Shown: positions 19,946-30,065 of the stretch, piece by piece
How positions within the stretch are numbered: position 1 is the first letter of the stretch
Layout: the number at the start of each line of letters is the position of its first letter
Origin: a virus
Taxonomy: Duplodnaviria > Heunggongvirae > Uroviricota > Caudoviricetes
IMG/VR virus record: IMGVR_UViG_3300029288_000059
Coordinates: 161,237-225,236 of that record
Direction: 5' to 3' (one strand)
Length of the DNA: 64,000 nt
Translations under genes and position numbers: made by a program
Notes under the pieces: generated by a model
Told to the model about the DNA's origin: nothing
Seen by the model: only the letters and a program-made list of their open reading frames with translations
The model's database searches: none

Positions 19946-20632
19946 ATGGAAATTGAATATAAGTTCTTATTAACCAAGCCATATAATGTATGTTTTGATT
20001 CTTTAACTAAGATTAAAGAATCTACAATTGTTCAGTCATATCTTAACTATGAGCCACAAGTTCGTATCCGAAAATCTAATGATACATACGAATTAACTAT
20101 TAAGAATGGTACTGGATTGATAAGACATGAGGTTAACATTCCTATTACGGTTAATACATATGAAGAATTATTAACCATTAGTAAATCAACTATCAATAAG
20201 ATTCGTACCGTTTATACTGATGGTAAACATAACTATGAACATGATGCCTTAACGTTATGTGGTGAAACATTAGAATTTATCGAAGTTGAATTTGAAACAG
20301 AACAAGATGCGTTCAACTTTGAGATACCATCTTGGTTTACAAACGATACGATTAATGTTACTAATATAGAGGCATACTCAATGGCATCATTGGCACAACA
20401 ATCGTCCACTGGTGAATTGGTATGTCTACAGACTATTAATAATATTAAGAAAATACTAAAGGATAATAATTCGTTCTCACCTTCAATATATAACGATACG
20501 TTAGAACTAATTAATCAGTTAAAGGGTGTTGGTATTCTTAAAGAGCCAACATATGATGTTGATACGTGTTCTAAATGCAAGAAACCGAACGGCAACTGTG
20601 ATGGTTGTCCAACGTATAAAGGAAAAATATAA
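19946..20632 (+). CDS. CYTH-domain triphosphatase with C-terminal Zn ribbon
   Basis: EIEYKF, RIR, K.G.G..R.E, K.R, EVEF motifs; C-terminal CSKC...CDGC. Confidence 0.82.
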   Translation: MEIEYKFLLTKPYNVCFDSLTKIKESTIVQSYLNYEPQVRIRKSNDTYELTIKNGTGLIRHEVNIPITVNTYEELLTISKSTINKIRTVYTDGKHNYEHDALTLCGETLEFIEVEFETEQDAFNFEIPSWFTNDTINVTNIEAYSMASLAQQSSTGELVCLQTINNIKKILKDNNSFSPSIYNDTLELINQLKGVGILKEPTYDVDTCSKCKKPNGNCDGCPTYKGKI

Positions 20633-21177
20633 TGACATTCGTGTTATATGTTATCGCTAGAAATGATTTACCGTCATGTAATACAGGTAAAATGATGGCA
20701 CAAGTTGCCCATGCAGCAACCAATGTCGAATCATATTTTAATAAACAACCCTTTTACCCATATACAGAAGACCGAACCGATTATCATGAAGTAATGGAAC
20801 ACGATGACACTATGGATGAACAAATATACCAAGAAATGGTAGATTTGAAATTTGAATACGACGTATGGTCAAAAGAAAGTAACCAAGATTTTGGTACAAC
20901 AATCGTATTAGAAGCGAATATTGATAAGATTAATGAATTAAATCAACAGTTATTCCGTAATAATAGGGTTTATAACCGAGTTATTATTGACCCAACATAT
21001 CCATATCAATGTAGTACAGAAATAGCTCAATTAATCGATTTAAAGTACCATACCGTGGCACCTAGAGTAGAGGGTGATGTTACATACTGTTGCCGTTCAG
21101 AAGCTACTTGTATGGTGGTATTTGGTGATAAAGTGGAGTTATATCCATACTTAAGTGAGTTACCATTAGTCCGCTAG
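20632..21177 (+). CDS. peptidyl-tRNA hydrolase PTH2-like protein
   Basis: YVIARNDL...GKMMAQVAHAA, IVL, DPT, T(C)..VFG. Confidence 0.75.
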   Translation: MTFVLYVIARNDLPSCNTGKMMAQVAHAATNVESYFNKQPFYPYTEDRTDYHEVMEHDDTMDEQIYQEMVDLKFEYDVWSKESNQDFGTTIVLEANIDKINELNQQLFRNNRVYNRVIIDPTYPYQCSTEIAQLIDLKYHTVAPRVEGDVTYCCRSEATCMVVFGDKVELYPYLSELPLVR

Positions 21178-21189
21178 AGTTAAATTAAT

Positions 21190-21324
21190 ATGTATCGAAA
21201 TTTACAGCCTACCGACAGGACAGAAGACAATATACCGGTGCATGACATCATAGACCCGACAGACCAAAGAATGTTTATATCGGCCGAGGGTTTAGAAATG
21301 AAAATGGTAATATTAGATGACTAG
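21190..21324 (+). CDS. short ORF MYRNLQP... (not in the supplied track)
   Basis: 44 codons; N-terminus resembles the 53644-54060 protein (MYRNEQP). Confidence 0.35.
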   Translation: MYRNLQPTDRTEDNIPVHDIIDPTDQRMFISAEGLEMKMVILDD

Positions 21325-21610
21325 AAGGCTAGAACCATATAATGAGGTAGTTGACGTGGTTGATGTCATATCACGTCACTCAAACCTTATTGCACGTTAT
21401 AGTCCTAACTTCTGTTCAAGAAATCTAACTACATTACCATCATTTAAATATATTAATGGTGATTTTTGGTGCATCGACAATAAATTAACAACGCTAGATA
21501 GGAATAATTATTGTTATGTTAGTGGTTACTTTTATTGTGGTATGAATTCAAACAGGTTAAGGCCACCCCATACTCTAATCATTGGGAAACAATTTGATAA
21601 TATCGTTTAA
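21317..21610 (+). CDS. LRR-like repeat protein, short
   Basis: NLTTLPSFKYINGDFWCIDNKLTTL repeat unit. Confidence 0.6.
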   Translation: MTRRLEPYNEVVDVVDVISRHSNLIARYSPNFCSRNLTTLPSFKYINGDFWCIDNKLTTLDRNNYCYVSGYFYCGMNSNRLRPPHTLIIGKQFDNIV

Positions 21611-21840
21611 CGAATATAAATGGTGGTCCATGGATAGTCATTAACGGTAGGTTCAACCCCACAAACGTATTTAAATTGTTGGTCATATAACCATTCTTGA
21701 TTCTTAATAATACAATTACTAAATATTGTCTTTTTTGGATACTCACGATAGTATCGTCTATTAAACAATAGTTCACCTGTAAATTTAGTCACTATCACCG
21801 TTGAATACGGTTCAATCCCTCGTATCATCATTAAATCCAT
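21607..21840 (-). CDS. hypothetical protein
   Basis: ORF at the strand-switch point. Confidence 0.45.
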   Translation of the reverse strand: MDLMMIRGIEPYSTVIVTKFTGELLFNRRYYREYPKKTIFSNCIIKNQEWLYDQQFKYVCGVEPTVNDYPWTTIYIR

Positions 21841-22213
21841 TCACTATCATTGTTTGAATATTTAAAGGAACTCGTTTGAACTCAAATTCATTCACTTCTA
21901 ATAATGTTTGACAGATACGATAGAACTCACGTGATGTAATGAACTCATTAATCCATACTTCCGCTTCTTTAGAATCGTCAATATTATTCATTTGAGTACA
22001 AAGTAAATTGTTATTATTAAATTCGTACTTATTGGTTTTATCTTCCGGTATAGCAAAATATTCACAAATAGAACTATGTGAATCAGGAAGATAAGGATTA
22101 CCCGAACGGTCAACTAAGATGGTTCTTCGTTGTTCATTAGAAAAATAATAATACTTATTGTTATAAGTACAAAAACTGAAGAACCATGCCATCAAGTACC
22201 ATCCTAATGCCAA
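21812..22213 (-). CDS. hypothetical protein
   Basis: ORF in the - strand operon. Confidence 0.55.
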   Translation of the reverse strand: MALGWYLMAWFFSFCTYNNKYYYFSNEQRRTILVDRSGNPYLPDSHSSICEYFAIPEDKTNKYEFNNNNLLCTQMNNIDDSKEAEVWINEFITSREFYRICQTLLEVNEFEFKRVPLNIQTMIVNGFNDDTRD

Positions 22214-22681
22214 TTAATACTTAGTCCTAGATTGATTTTCAAACCAATTTTCGAATACAATATATGCAGAAGTGGCTTCTTCACTCATAAATTCTGCAGG
22301 AATATCTCTTGCTTTAATAGGACGAGCTACTTGTTGAAAGAAATAACTATCATCGAACCCAATAGTTGCTGCATCATTTTTGTCATTAGCATAATATATC
22401 TTATCTAATCTTGCCCACATAATGGCGCAACTACACATCGGACATGGTTCACAACTAGTATAAATTTCACAACCACTTAAATCAAACGTATTAAGATTTT
22501 TACACGCATCTTGAATTGCTACCATTTCAGCATGGCTAGTTGGGTTATTATCCAACGTTACGCGATTATGTCCTTCCCCAACAATCTTACCATCCTTAAC
22601 AATAACTGCCCCAAATGGACCACCACCAATATCAACAGAATGTTGAGACAATTCTATTGCACGTTGCATATATTGATTCAT
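22214..22681 (-). CDS. guaD: guanine/nucleoside deaminase (GuaD-like)
   Basis: GGPFGAVIV, HAE, SCEPCPMC, WARL. Confidence 0.85.
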   Translation of the reverse strand: MNQYMQRAIELSQHSVDIGGGPFGAVIVKDGKIVGEGHNRVTLDNNPTSHAEMVAIQDACKNLNTFDLSGCEIYTSCEPCPMCSCAIMWARLDKIYYANDKNDAATIGFDDSYFFQQVARPIKARDIPAEFMSEEATSAYIVFENWFENQSRTKY

Positions 22682-22762
22682 AGTCAGTTCCTTATGTTCC
22701 TATTAAATACAAAGTTAAAACGATAATACTGATTAAAATAATAAACTTCTTTTCATGGATTG

Positions 22763-22966
22763 TCATTTCTTTTTTCGTCTGTACCAGTAAACTTTATTAT
22801 AATCTTCCATCAGTTGTTGTCTATCCTTATTGAGATTTCTATAATCTTCCTCAATAGACCCCAATGTATCTTCTTTACAATGTTTGAAATATTCAGCAAT
22901 GTAATCAAACATTAAGATTGGTGATGCCAACCCTCTTAAGAATCCATCCAAAAAGGCTTTCTTCAT
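22763..22966 (-). CDS. hypothetical protein
   Basis: ORF with SD. Confidence 0.5.
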   Translation of the reverse strand: MKKAFLDGFLRGLASPILMFDYIAEYFKHCKEDTLGSIEEDYRNLNKDRQQLMEDYNKVYWYRRKKK

Positions 22967-22968
22967 AT

Positions 22969-23202
22969 TTAATCCTCATTTAGTTTAGTTACAATCACAT
23001 CTAGTCGACCCAACGTTAACAAATACAATAATGTGAATGCACAATAGGAAATGCCTGTATAATCAGGAATAAAGTTTAAAGTTCGCAATGCCCAAAAACA
23101 AATATATGGCATTAAGAAAATATTAACCCCTATCTTTAATAGTATAGTAATTGCGGCGGCTAAGTATTTCCCTTCTTTGATTAATACTGAAGTGGTTGAC
23201 AT
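22969..23202 (-). CDS. small membrane protein
   Basis: Two hydrophobic helices. Confidence 0.5.
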   Translation of the reverse strand: MSTTSVLIKEGKYLAAAITILLKIGVNIFLMPYICFWALRTLNFIPDYTGISYCAFTLLYLLTLGRLDVIVTKLNED

Positions 23203-23206
23203 TGGT

Positions 23207-23647
23207 TTAAATCCTTTTCAATTGCTTAATGATGAACTTAAGGCTTCTTTTGAATAATCTTACAACTTTCTGATTTAAGGAATGTTCTTGGATTGAGCCA
23301 GTATAGTGATATTCAGTTCCATGTCTATCGATATTATAGAAGATAGTAAACCCTTTATCGTTATAGTATTTTCCTAAACGTTCAAATCCAAATTTAACTA
23401 TGCCGATTTCTGTAGGTTGATTTAACGCATCATGTTCACAAAATGAAACTATTTTATCAACTTCATTGTAAGTAAAGGAAAAGGTTCCACTGTCTGATAT
23501 TAGAATTCGTTGTTTAAAAATAACCGCCATACGTTTAACAGCCATTCTATGATGTAAGTTCGATATGTCCCAGTTACGTCGACAATTATTATGAAATTCA
23601 TCTATTCGTGATTTAGTTATATCTTTAAACGTATAACTCATTATCAT
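23207..23647 (-). CDS. hypothetical protein, paralog of 23648-24112
   Basis: Shared KD..., (I/V)KR.A.I.K..I, F(T/S)F pattern. Confidence 0.55.
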   Translation of the reverse strand: MIMSYTFKDITKSRIDEFHNNCRRNWDISNLHHRMAVKRMAVIFKQRILISDSGTFSFTYNEVDKIVSFCEHDALNQPTEIGIVKFGFERLGKYYNDKGFTIFYNIDRHGTEYHYTGSIQEHSLNQKVVRLFKRSLKFIIKQLKRI

Positions 23648-24112
23648 TTACCCCCTATTAAAGAACTTATATACTTTATAATTAATTGTATCTTTTACGT
23701 TTGTTACAAAGCCGTGAACGGAGTAACAACCATTATTACCGTGATTATATCCATCATACAATGGTTCAAACGTTAATTTAATTCCTCTTTTGTAATACTG
23801 AGCCTTTAATAAATCCATAGCATGAATAACATCTTGAATTTCATAATGAAATGAGTGCCTAATATCAACAAACATTAGTTCCTTGAACCCATACGTTAAT
23901 GCACAAGTAGAGATCCCAAATGTGAATTTACTATTATTATCGACATGAATGATATCATTCTTTAAGATTATCGCTAATCTTTTAATTGGATACACTCGAG
24001 CTTGTTGTAAATCAATCGTTTCCTGTATCAAACGTTTACGGTAGTCCTCAAATATCTTGAATGTATTAAAATTTACATCTTTTAACTTAATGAACATTAC
24101 TATGCCTTTCAT
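23648..24112 (-). CDS. hypothetical protein, paralog of 23207-23647
   Basis: Shared pattern with the neighbouring ORF. Confidence 0.55.
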   Translation of the reverse strand: MKGIVMFIKLKDVNFNTFKIFEDYRKRLIQETIDLQQARVYPIKRLAIILKNDIIHVDNNSKFTFGISTCALTYGFKELMFVDIRHSFHYEIQDVIHAMDLLKAQYYKRGIKLTFEPLYDGYNHGNNGCYSVHGFVTNVKDTINYKVYKFFNRG

Positions 24113-24148
24113 GATATCTTTAAATTTAATAAAATTTTAATTTAGTTA

Positions 24149-24361
24149 TTATGTAATGTCAATAAGTTCATGTTCACGAGTTAAGATACCATACTGTTTA
24201 GCCTCAATAATTAACTCATTAATGGACTGTTGTCCCGCCACGTTCCATTCTTTACGTTCCTCCGGTGATAGCATATCTAACAAGGAAGTATCACTATTAG
24301 CATCTTCTTTTTTCGTTTTATAATAAGACTCAATGTCTTCTAATAGTCGTTCTTTCGTCAT
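24149..24361 (-). CDS. small acidic protein, paralog of 24370-24579
   Basis: I..I....D..(S/E)T..LD..S.E..K.WN shared. Confidence 0.55.
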   Translation of the reverse strand: MTKERLLEDIESYYKTKKEDANSDTSLLDMLSPEERKEWNVAGQQSINELIIEAKQYGILTREHELIDIT

Positions 24362-24369
24362 ACTAAGAC

Positions 24370-24579
24370 CTAAACTGTATCATAATCAATGTTATGTACA
24401 TTGGCAGTCTCACGCAGTAATGTTTCAAACTCACTATTATTATCATTCCATTTTTTCATATCTTCATCTGATATAACTTCATCAAGTATGTCAGTTTCAT
24501 CTCGTACCATCATACCGTTGTCTTTAAAGGATTTAATGTTTTTAATTATTTCATTTCTCTTTGACATAATAACCTCCAT
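24370..24579 (-). CDS. small acidic protein, paralog of 24149-24361
   Basis: Shared pattern; GGAGG SD. Confidence 0.55.
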   Translation of the reverse strand: MEVIMSKRNEIIKNIKSFKDNGMMVRDETDILDEVISDEDMKKWNDNNSEFETLLRETANVHNIDYDTV

Positions 24580-24633
24580 TAATCGGTTTATAAGTTAAGT
24601 ATAACACTAATTAGTAATTAGTCAATGATTTAT

Positions 24634-25059
24634 TTAATACTTGTGATATAATTCTTTTAATTTTGCTATTAAGTTAACATTTAGCATTAATAGTTTGCGT
24701 GATATTGCCGATGCCGAGTCATTTAATAATGCATAATACTCCATACTCAATTTCAAAATCTTTATAACTTCTAATGTAGTTTTAGAATATCTATCTTCTT
24801 TTAATTTGGTAAGACTTGAACTCAATATATTATCATCTATAATTAATTCGTCAATGAGGGCATTCAATCGTCTATTATCTGTTTCGGCCGAAACTAAGTT
24901 GTTATCTATTAGATACTGGTTATATAACTTCATTAAAGTTAATGTTTGATGTACTTCATCCCTATATTGGGATAAGAACAACTTTTTATCCGTTGGTATG
25001 TTATCTAATTTTAAATACTTACCCGGAGTATACTCTTCGATTTGAGTTAAGATATTCAT
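24634..25059 (-). CDS. hypothetical helical protein
   Basis: ORF with SD. Confidence 0.5.
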   Translation of the reverse strand: MNILTQIEEYTPGKYLKLDNIPTDKKLFLSQYRDEVHQTLTLMKLYNQYLIDNNLVSAETDNRRLNALIDELIIDDNILSSSLTKLKEDRYSKTTLEVIKILKLSMEYYALLNDSASAISRKLLMLNVNLIAKLKELYHKY

Positions 25060-25091
25060 TGTTTCCTACTTTGCTTGTTATATTGTACAGT

Positions 25092-26981
25092 TCACTTGTT
25101 CCAAACATACAGATATTCGTTAATTTTATGTCTACCACTAGTGAAGTGGTCTTCACGTTGATTAACAACTTCCTTTATTAAATAGGGACCGAGTATGTTA
25201 GTCAATAGTTCTTCGAATGTCTCTTTTATGATAATACCACAATACCTAGTGTCTTTATCAATGTAGTTATTTGTTAATACATTAAACATCAACGTCTTAA
25301 AGTCAACTATCTTAGTATTATTATATACTTCTATGTTATCATACGGTGGGCACATGAAGATTGAATCAAAATCATCAGTTGGAATAAAGTCATTCGCGTC
25401 ATTATTATAAACGGTTGTATTGATAATATTATGGTATGATATCATCCGTTTAACGCCCGTACAGGTACGTTCATCCAAATCATTGTATATATACGAGTCT
25501 AAGTCAGAACCCCCTAGTAACCGATGTCCCCACCCCCCAAATGGGTCATATACTTTTTTACATCTATACTTAGTTATAAAGTATCTAAACCAAACAGGTG
25601 AGAAAAAACTAAAGCCACGATATATTGCGGATATCTTAAATCCAGTAAGTAAATCCCTATCCGTTAACTTATCTTCAGTCTTAAATAAGTACTTAATACG
25701 ATTTTCAATTAATTGTCGCCTAATAACAGGGTCGTTAATATAGAGTGAATTCTCTTTTTCGTATATATGTGGTTGAAATTCCTTTATGTTCTTATTATAC
25801 GATGGAGACGAGTTAAGAGTTAGTTTTGCACCTCTTATTAATTCACACTCATGTAATAATTCCTCACTAGTAGATGGAACTTTTAAACCATCAATTCTCT
25901 TTATTTGTAATAGTAAATCTTGTTCACTAGTGAACGAAAATACTTCAAGATACTTTAACTTATTATCTCTTGCTGTTTTACGTTTTAAGGGGTCTTTAAT
26001 AGACCAAACAGTAATCGCGTTTTTATAGAAGTCCGATTCAATAGACTTCTCTACCCATACATCTAATATCTCTTTATCAGTTTTTTCATTATAAGATTTT
26101 CCTCCATGAGTGAAGAACCCATTATATTCGATATACATATCAATACTAGGAATATAAAAATCACAATGAAATGGATATAGTTCACTTTTATAATTACGTA
26201 TAACTTCGTTATAATGTTTGACTAAAATAGAGTATATTTTATCTTCAATAGCAGAAGTATTAGTAGTGCCGTTCTGTTTCTTCGTTTCAAATATCTTATC
26301 TGTTATATCATGTTGACGTTCTTTATATTCATCACTCTTAACATAATGTTCGACTCCGTATTTATCCATACAAGTAGTTTTACGTTTTTCTAAATTATTA
26401 TCCTGTCCCATGTATGGAATCCAATCCGTTCCATACTTCTCCAAACAAGTTGTCCTAACTTTATTAACCTTATATTGTCCATTTTTAGCAAAATTATTAT
26501 CTTTGAATACGTTATCAACGCCATAGCGTCCCATGTTAGTTTGCTTAATTCGTTCAATTACTTCGGGACATTTTAGTATATTATCGACCCCGTATTTGTC
26601 GATACTGGTTTGTTGATATTTTAATAACATATCCTTACGCTGTTCACTTGTATAGTTTTGTTGAACTTTTGATATGGTGATGGATTGTTTAAGTTTCTTA
26701 TCATCAGTCCACCCGTTACTAATTTGTTCTTGTCTTATTGCTTTTTGTTCTTCTGTCTCATGTCTATATTGATATTCCAACTGACAGTGGTTATTACAAA
26801 ATTTATTGTGCTTATATAATGTTACGGTTGTTGGTTTGCTACAATTTAAACATTTACCAACCTCACATCCAAAATGAATGGTTCGTAAGTATACATCGAA
26901 ATCCATTGAGTGAATAGTCTCAATGTGATATTTAAACAATTTATTGGAAACAATTATATGACAAATAGGGCATTCCCTCAT
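25092..26981 (-). CDS. Zn-finger / KYGVxN repeat / DUF559-like endonuclease / DNA amino-methyltransferase fusion
   Basis: CPIC..H..H; KYGVDN-type repeats; CDFYIP..DMYIEYNG..TH; motif I DPFGGWG; motif IV-like FMCPPY. Confidence 0.75.
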   Translation of the reverse strand: MRECPICHIIVSNKLFKYHIETIHSMDFDVYLRTIHFGCEVGKCLNCSKPTTVTLYKHNKFCNNHCQLEYQYRHETEEQKAIRQEQISNGWTDDKKLKQSITISKVQQNYTSEQRKDMLLKYQQTSIDKYGVDNILKCPEVIERIKQTNMGRYGVDNVFKDNNFAKNGQYKVNKVRTTCLEKYGTDWIPYMGQDNNLEKRKTTCMDKYGVEHYVKSDEYKERQHDITDKIFETKKQNGTTNTSAIEDKIYSILVKHYNEVIRNYKSELYPFHCDFYIPSIDMYIEYNGFFTHGGKSYNEKTDKEILDVWVEKSIESDFYKNAITVWSIKDPLKRKTARDNKLKYLEVFSFTSEQDLLLQIKRIDGLKVPSTSEELLHECELIRGAKLTLNSSPSYNKNIKEFQPHIYEKENSLYINDPVIRRQLIENRIKYLFKTEDKLTDRDLLTGFKISAIYRGFSFFSPVWFRYFITKYRCKKVYDPFGGWGHRLLGGSDLDSYIYNDLDERTCTGVKRMISYHNIINTTVYNNDANDFIPTDDFDSIFMCPPYDNIEVYNNTKIVDFKTLMFNVLTNNYIDKDTRYCGIIIKETFEELLTNILGPYLIKEVVNQREDHFTSGRHKINEYLYVWNK

Positions 26982-27113
26982 TAAGTAATCCTTAAATTGT
27001 TTATAATTTAACTATAACGTAACTATATTGGTGAGTCAACTACTAATATTTGAAATATATTCTTCAATTCAAGTTATGATATTCATCTCGATTCCTAAGT
27101 TATAAGTAATAAA

Positions 27114-27141
27114 GGGTGGGTAAAATTTAAACTACCCACCC
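27114..27141 (-). terminator. hairpin terminator after nrdD
   Basis: GGGTGGGTA/TACCCACCC stem with adjacent T run on -. Confidence 0.7.
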
Positions 27142-27151
27142 AAATCACTAA

Positions 27152-28990
27152 TTATACTTTATGGTACATACGTTTAGAGGCTTCCTTACCACGTGCTTTA
27201 CCGAATGCACTAACACGTTTTAAATAACCAATAATACGGGTAGCATAATCTATATTACTACTATGGCACTTTGGACATCCCTTCAATGTGTGTTTGTCAA
27301 TATTACCACAGTCATTACATATTGTAATCTTAACATTGGTACATAAGTAATTACAACCAGTTTGTGCCATCATTTTAAGAATCTTACGATATCCTTCCTT
27401 GGTTGGATATTCTTCTAAGTTTAAATGAAGGGCAGAACCACCATCTAAATTCTTAATCATATCCCTACCATGTAAAATGAACTTATCCGCAATGTTCAAT
27501 TCATCGTCTTCAACTGGGAAGAAATATGAATTATAACAATCACGTTCAACTTTATACCCTGCCTTTTTATCCCATTTTGAATTCTTAACACCTAAGTTTT
27601 CAGCAGGGACAAATTCTGAATTAAACATTATTTTCAATGAGTTCTTAGCTTCTTTATTAGCATTATAAAGAATTGTTAATTGTTCATCTACAAACTTCAT
27701 ATAAGCAGGATTAATCATTGGATTACCATTTTCATCTTTAATCTTACATGGCAACCCTAATGATTCAGCACCTTCTAACATACCGTTAATACCAATGGTC
27801 ATAAATTGTTTATCTAAAGATATAAACCCAGCATCATAGACGGATAACATTCCTGCATCTTTATATTTTTGCATAATTTGTCTATAAGCGTGATGATATT
27901 TGTGAACCTTTTGTACTTCAGTTTTGAGGTCTCTTTTATCCTGTATTAAGCGGTTCATATTAATCGTAATAACATTAATGCTACCAGTAGAAACACCACC
28001 CGCACCAAGTGTATATGAGAAGGTATTGTCTACTAATTCGTTGCGAAGGCGACAGCAGCTGGCCAAAGAATCTACGGAATCTGATTGATATATAAAGAAT
28101 GAATTACCTTGTGCCAATTCAGTACAACATACATCAGCGAAGACTTCATCTGCCACATCTTTATCTTTAGTCAACATTGCAGCTGTTACAACTGGGAATG
28201 TTAAGATTGAATTAGGTTTAGCACGTTCTACATTAAACCATTTCATAAAGTGGGTTTGTAATTTATTAACTGTTTCGAAATTAGGTGGAGTTAAATCAGG
28301 ATAAACGAATGATTCAAACAACGAGTTAAAGAAGAACTTATCGAATACGCTAATATTCCAAAATACGGATTGATACCCACGTGCTGCAGCAGGTTGATTA
28401 AGAGCATATACAACGTGTTGTAATTCATTATCAATAATCTCACGTTGTGTACTGAGATAATCGTCACCAAAATCTAATCTTGCAAAATAATCAAACATCA
28501 TTAAGAATTCAACAGTTGCTACTGCCCCCGCAAATTGTGAAGATATAGCAAATACTAGGTTTACGAAGTTACCACAAAAACTAGCTAAATGTTTTGGTGC
28601 TTTAGATTCACCGCCCAACTTAGTTAATCCATCTAGTAAGAATGGATACATTGATATACTAACACAATAGGGTAATAACGAACTTTCATCATGTACATAT
28701 ATTTCATGATTTTCAATTTGTCTTACATATTCATCGGCAAGTTCTTGTCCATACAATTTTTCAATCTCGTTACATACCATTTGTCTATTAATTTGAATAT
28801 TAATATCCTTATGTAATTCGGCTGATAATGTTGCTAAATTCTTTGAAGTAACATTAGCATTAGGGTCTACTTGTGAACCATCGGCAGCAGTCTTTGCATT
28901 TACATAATCATCAATAAATCTTATTTTATTATCAATTTGGTCACGTCTTAATCTAACCATTGGTGACTTTTTTGGTAGTGTATTTTCCAT
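27152..28990 (-). CDS. nrdD: anaerobic ribonucleoside-triphosphate reductase
   Basis: SCCRL, PAENL, C-terminal CxxC..CxxC, TRIIGYL glycyl-radical loop; no ATP cone. Confidence 0.95.
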   Translation of the reverse strand: MENTLPKKSPMVRLRRDQIDNKIRFIDDYVNAKTAADGSQVDPNANVTSKNLATLSAELHKDINIQINRQMVCNEIEKLYGQELADEYVRQIENHEIYVHDESSLLPYCVSISMYPFLLDGLTKLGGESKAPKHLASFCGNFVNLVFAISSQFAGAVATVEFLMMFDYFARLDFGDDYLSTQREIIDNELQHVVYALNQPAAARGYQSVFWNISVFDKFFFNSLFESFVYPDLTPPNFETVNKLQTHFMKWFNVERAKPNSILTFPVVTAAMLTKDKDVADEVFADVCCTELAQGNSFFIYQSDSVDSLASCCRLRNELVDNTFSYTLGAGGVSTGSINVITINMNRLIQDKRDLKTEVQKVHKYHHAYRQIMQKYKDAGMLSVYDAGFISLDKQFMTIGINGMLEGAESLGLPCKIKDENGNPMINPAYMKFVDEQLTILYNANKEAKNSLKIMFNSEFVPAENLGVKNSKWDKKAGYKVERDCYNSYFFPVEDDELNIADKFILHGRDMIKNLDGGSALHLNLEEYPTKEGYRKILKMMAQTGCNYLCTNVKITICNDCGNIDKHTLKGCPKCHSSNIDYATRIIGYLKRVSAFGKARGKEASKRMYHKV

Positions 28991-29032
28991 CTGTTAAATA
29001 CCTTTGTTAGTGTTGAAACTTATTTGGGTGAG

Positions 29033-29482
29033 TTATTTATTATTTCTGAACCAGTGATTCATGTCCTCATTCGTATGTAAATTTAAAAATCTTTGATTAG
29101 TAATTGGACTATCTAATCCTCCTAATTCCTTAATATAAGGTCCTAGCTTCACGTAATCCAATAACGATAGCATATCATCACTAATAGTTTCCTTTCCAGT
29201 ATATAAACAAGTTAATAACTTTTCTTTTTTACATAGAGTTAATAATGTTAATAAGTGTTCATCCCACTCCCCACCTAAGAACAATACACAGGATATCAAT
29301 CCCTTATATCTTGCAAGGTTAAGTAATAAGACATCAGTTGTTAAGTTAAAACCTTGATTTTGTGGTATGTTACTCCAAGAACAACCTGGACAATTATGTG
29401 GACATCCTGATATACCAAAGGATAGTGATATTTCATTCGGTACTTCTTGTAGTAATACATCAATACTAAAACAACGTAACAT
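29033..29482 (-). CDS. nrdG: anaerobic RNR activating enzyme
   Basis: QEVP.EISL, GCPHNCPGC, LGGEW, LYTG, GGLDSP.TNQR. Confidence 0.92.
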   Translation of the reverse strand: MLRCFSIDVLLQEVPNEISLSFGISGCPHNCPGCSWSNIPQNQGFNLTTDVLLLNLARYKGLISCVLFLGGEWDEHLLTLLTLCKKEKLLTCLYTGKETISDDMLSLLDYVKLGPYIKELGGLDSPITNQRFLNLHTNEDMNHWFRNNK

Positions 29483-29645
29483 TTGGTTTACTTTTCATTA
29501 TTAACTAATGAAACGATTTTAACTAGTTAGTGAATACAAATCAAAATGATTATTTGGAATTAGTGATTTATTTTTAAAATATGTATTGACATTATATATT
29601 AATATGTTATACTTAAATTATAAACACAACGGAAAGGATAAACAA

Positions 29646-30047
29646 ATGGAAAATTTATTATTTTTAATTGATACCTTAACTCAAGGTATTCACGATAAAA
29701 AAGTTCCGTTTTCTTTTCTTAAAGATAAGAAAATAACAAAAATATATAATGGCGATGCTCTTGTTATGGCATTGGAAAACGGGACTATTTTAGTATTAGG
29801 AAAATGTGACGGTCACTCAAGGTATCAAACCATCGCAATTGATGGAGATATAAACGATATTATAAACGTGCAGATATTAGAAATTAAAGAAAAAGAAACA
29901 AGAGAAAAAGAAACAGGAAAATATCGTTATAATGTGGCTCAATTTGTGGATATTACAACAAATAAAGGGTGTATAACCTTGCATTTTCATAGTGACGACG
30001 GAACATACATCGGAAAACCAGAGTTATTTATTTATCACAAAGATTAG
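29646..30047 (+). CDS. hypothetical phage protein
   Basis: SD GGA before ATG 29646; V.ITT.KG..TL.F...DG.Y.G pattern. Confidence 0.6.
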   Translation: MENLLFLIDTLTQGIHDKKVPFSFLKDKKITKIYNGDALVMALENGTILVLGKCDGHSRYQTIAIDGDINDIINVQILEIKEKETREKETGKYRYNVAQFVDITTNKGCITLHFHSDDGTYIGKPELFIYHKD

Positions 30048-30065
30048 CACTAAAGGATTAAAAAG

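Noticed and set aside
27152-28990. Intron or intein in nrdD, uvsX, dnaB or ligase
   Set aside because: All are contiguous, of normal length, with no intein C/S...HN signatures
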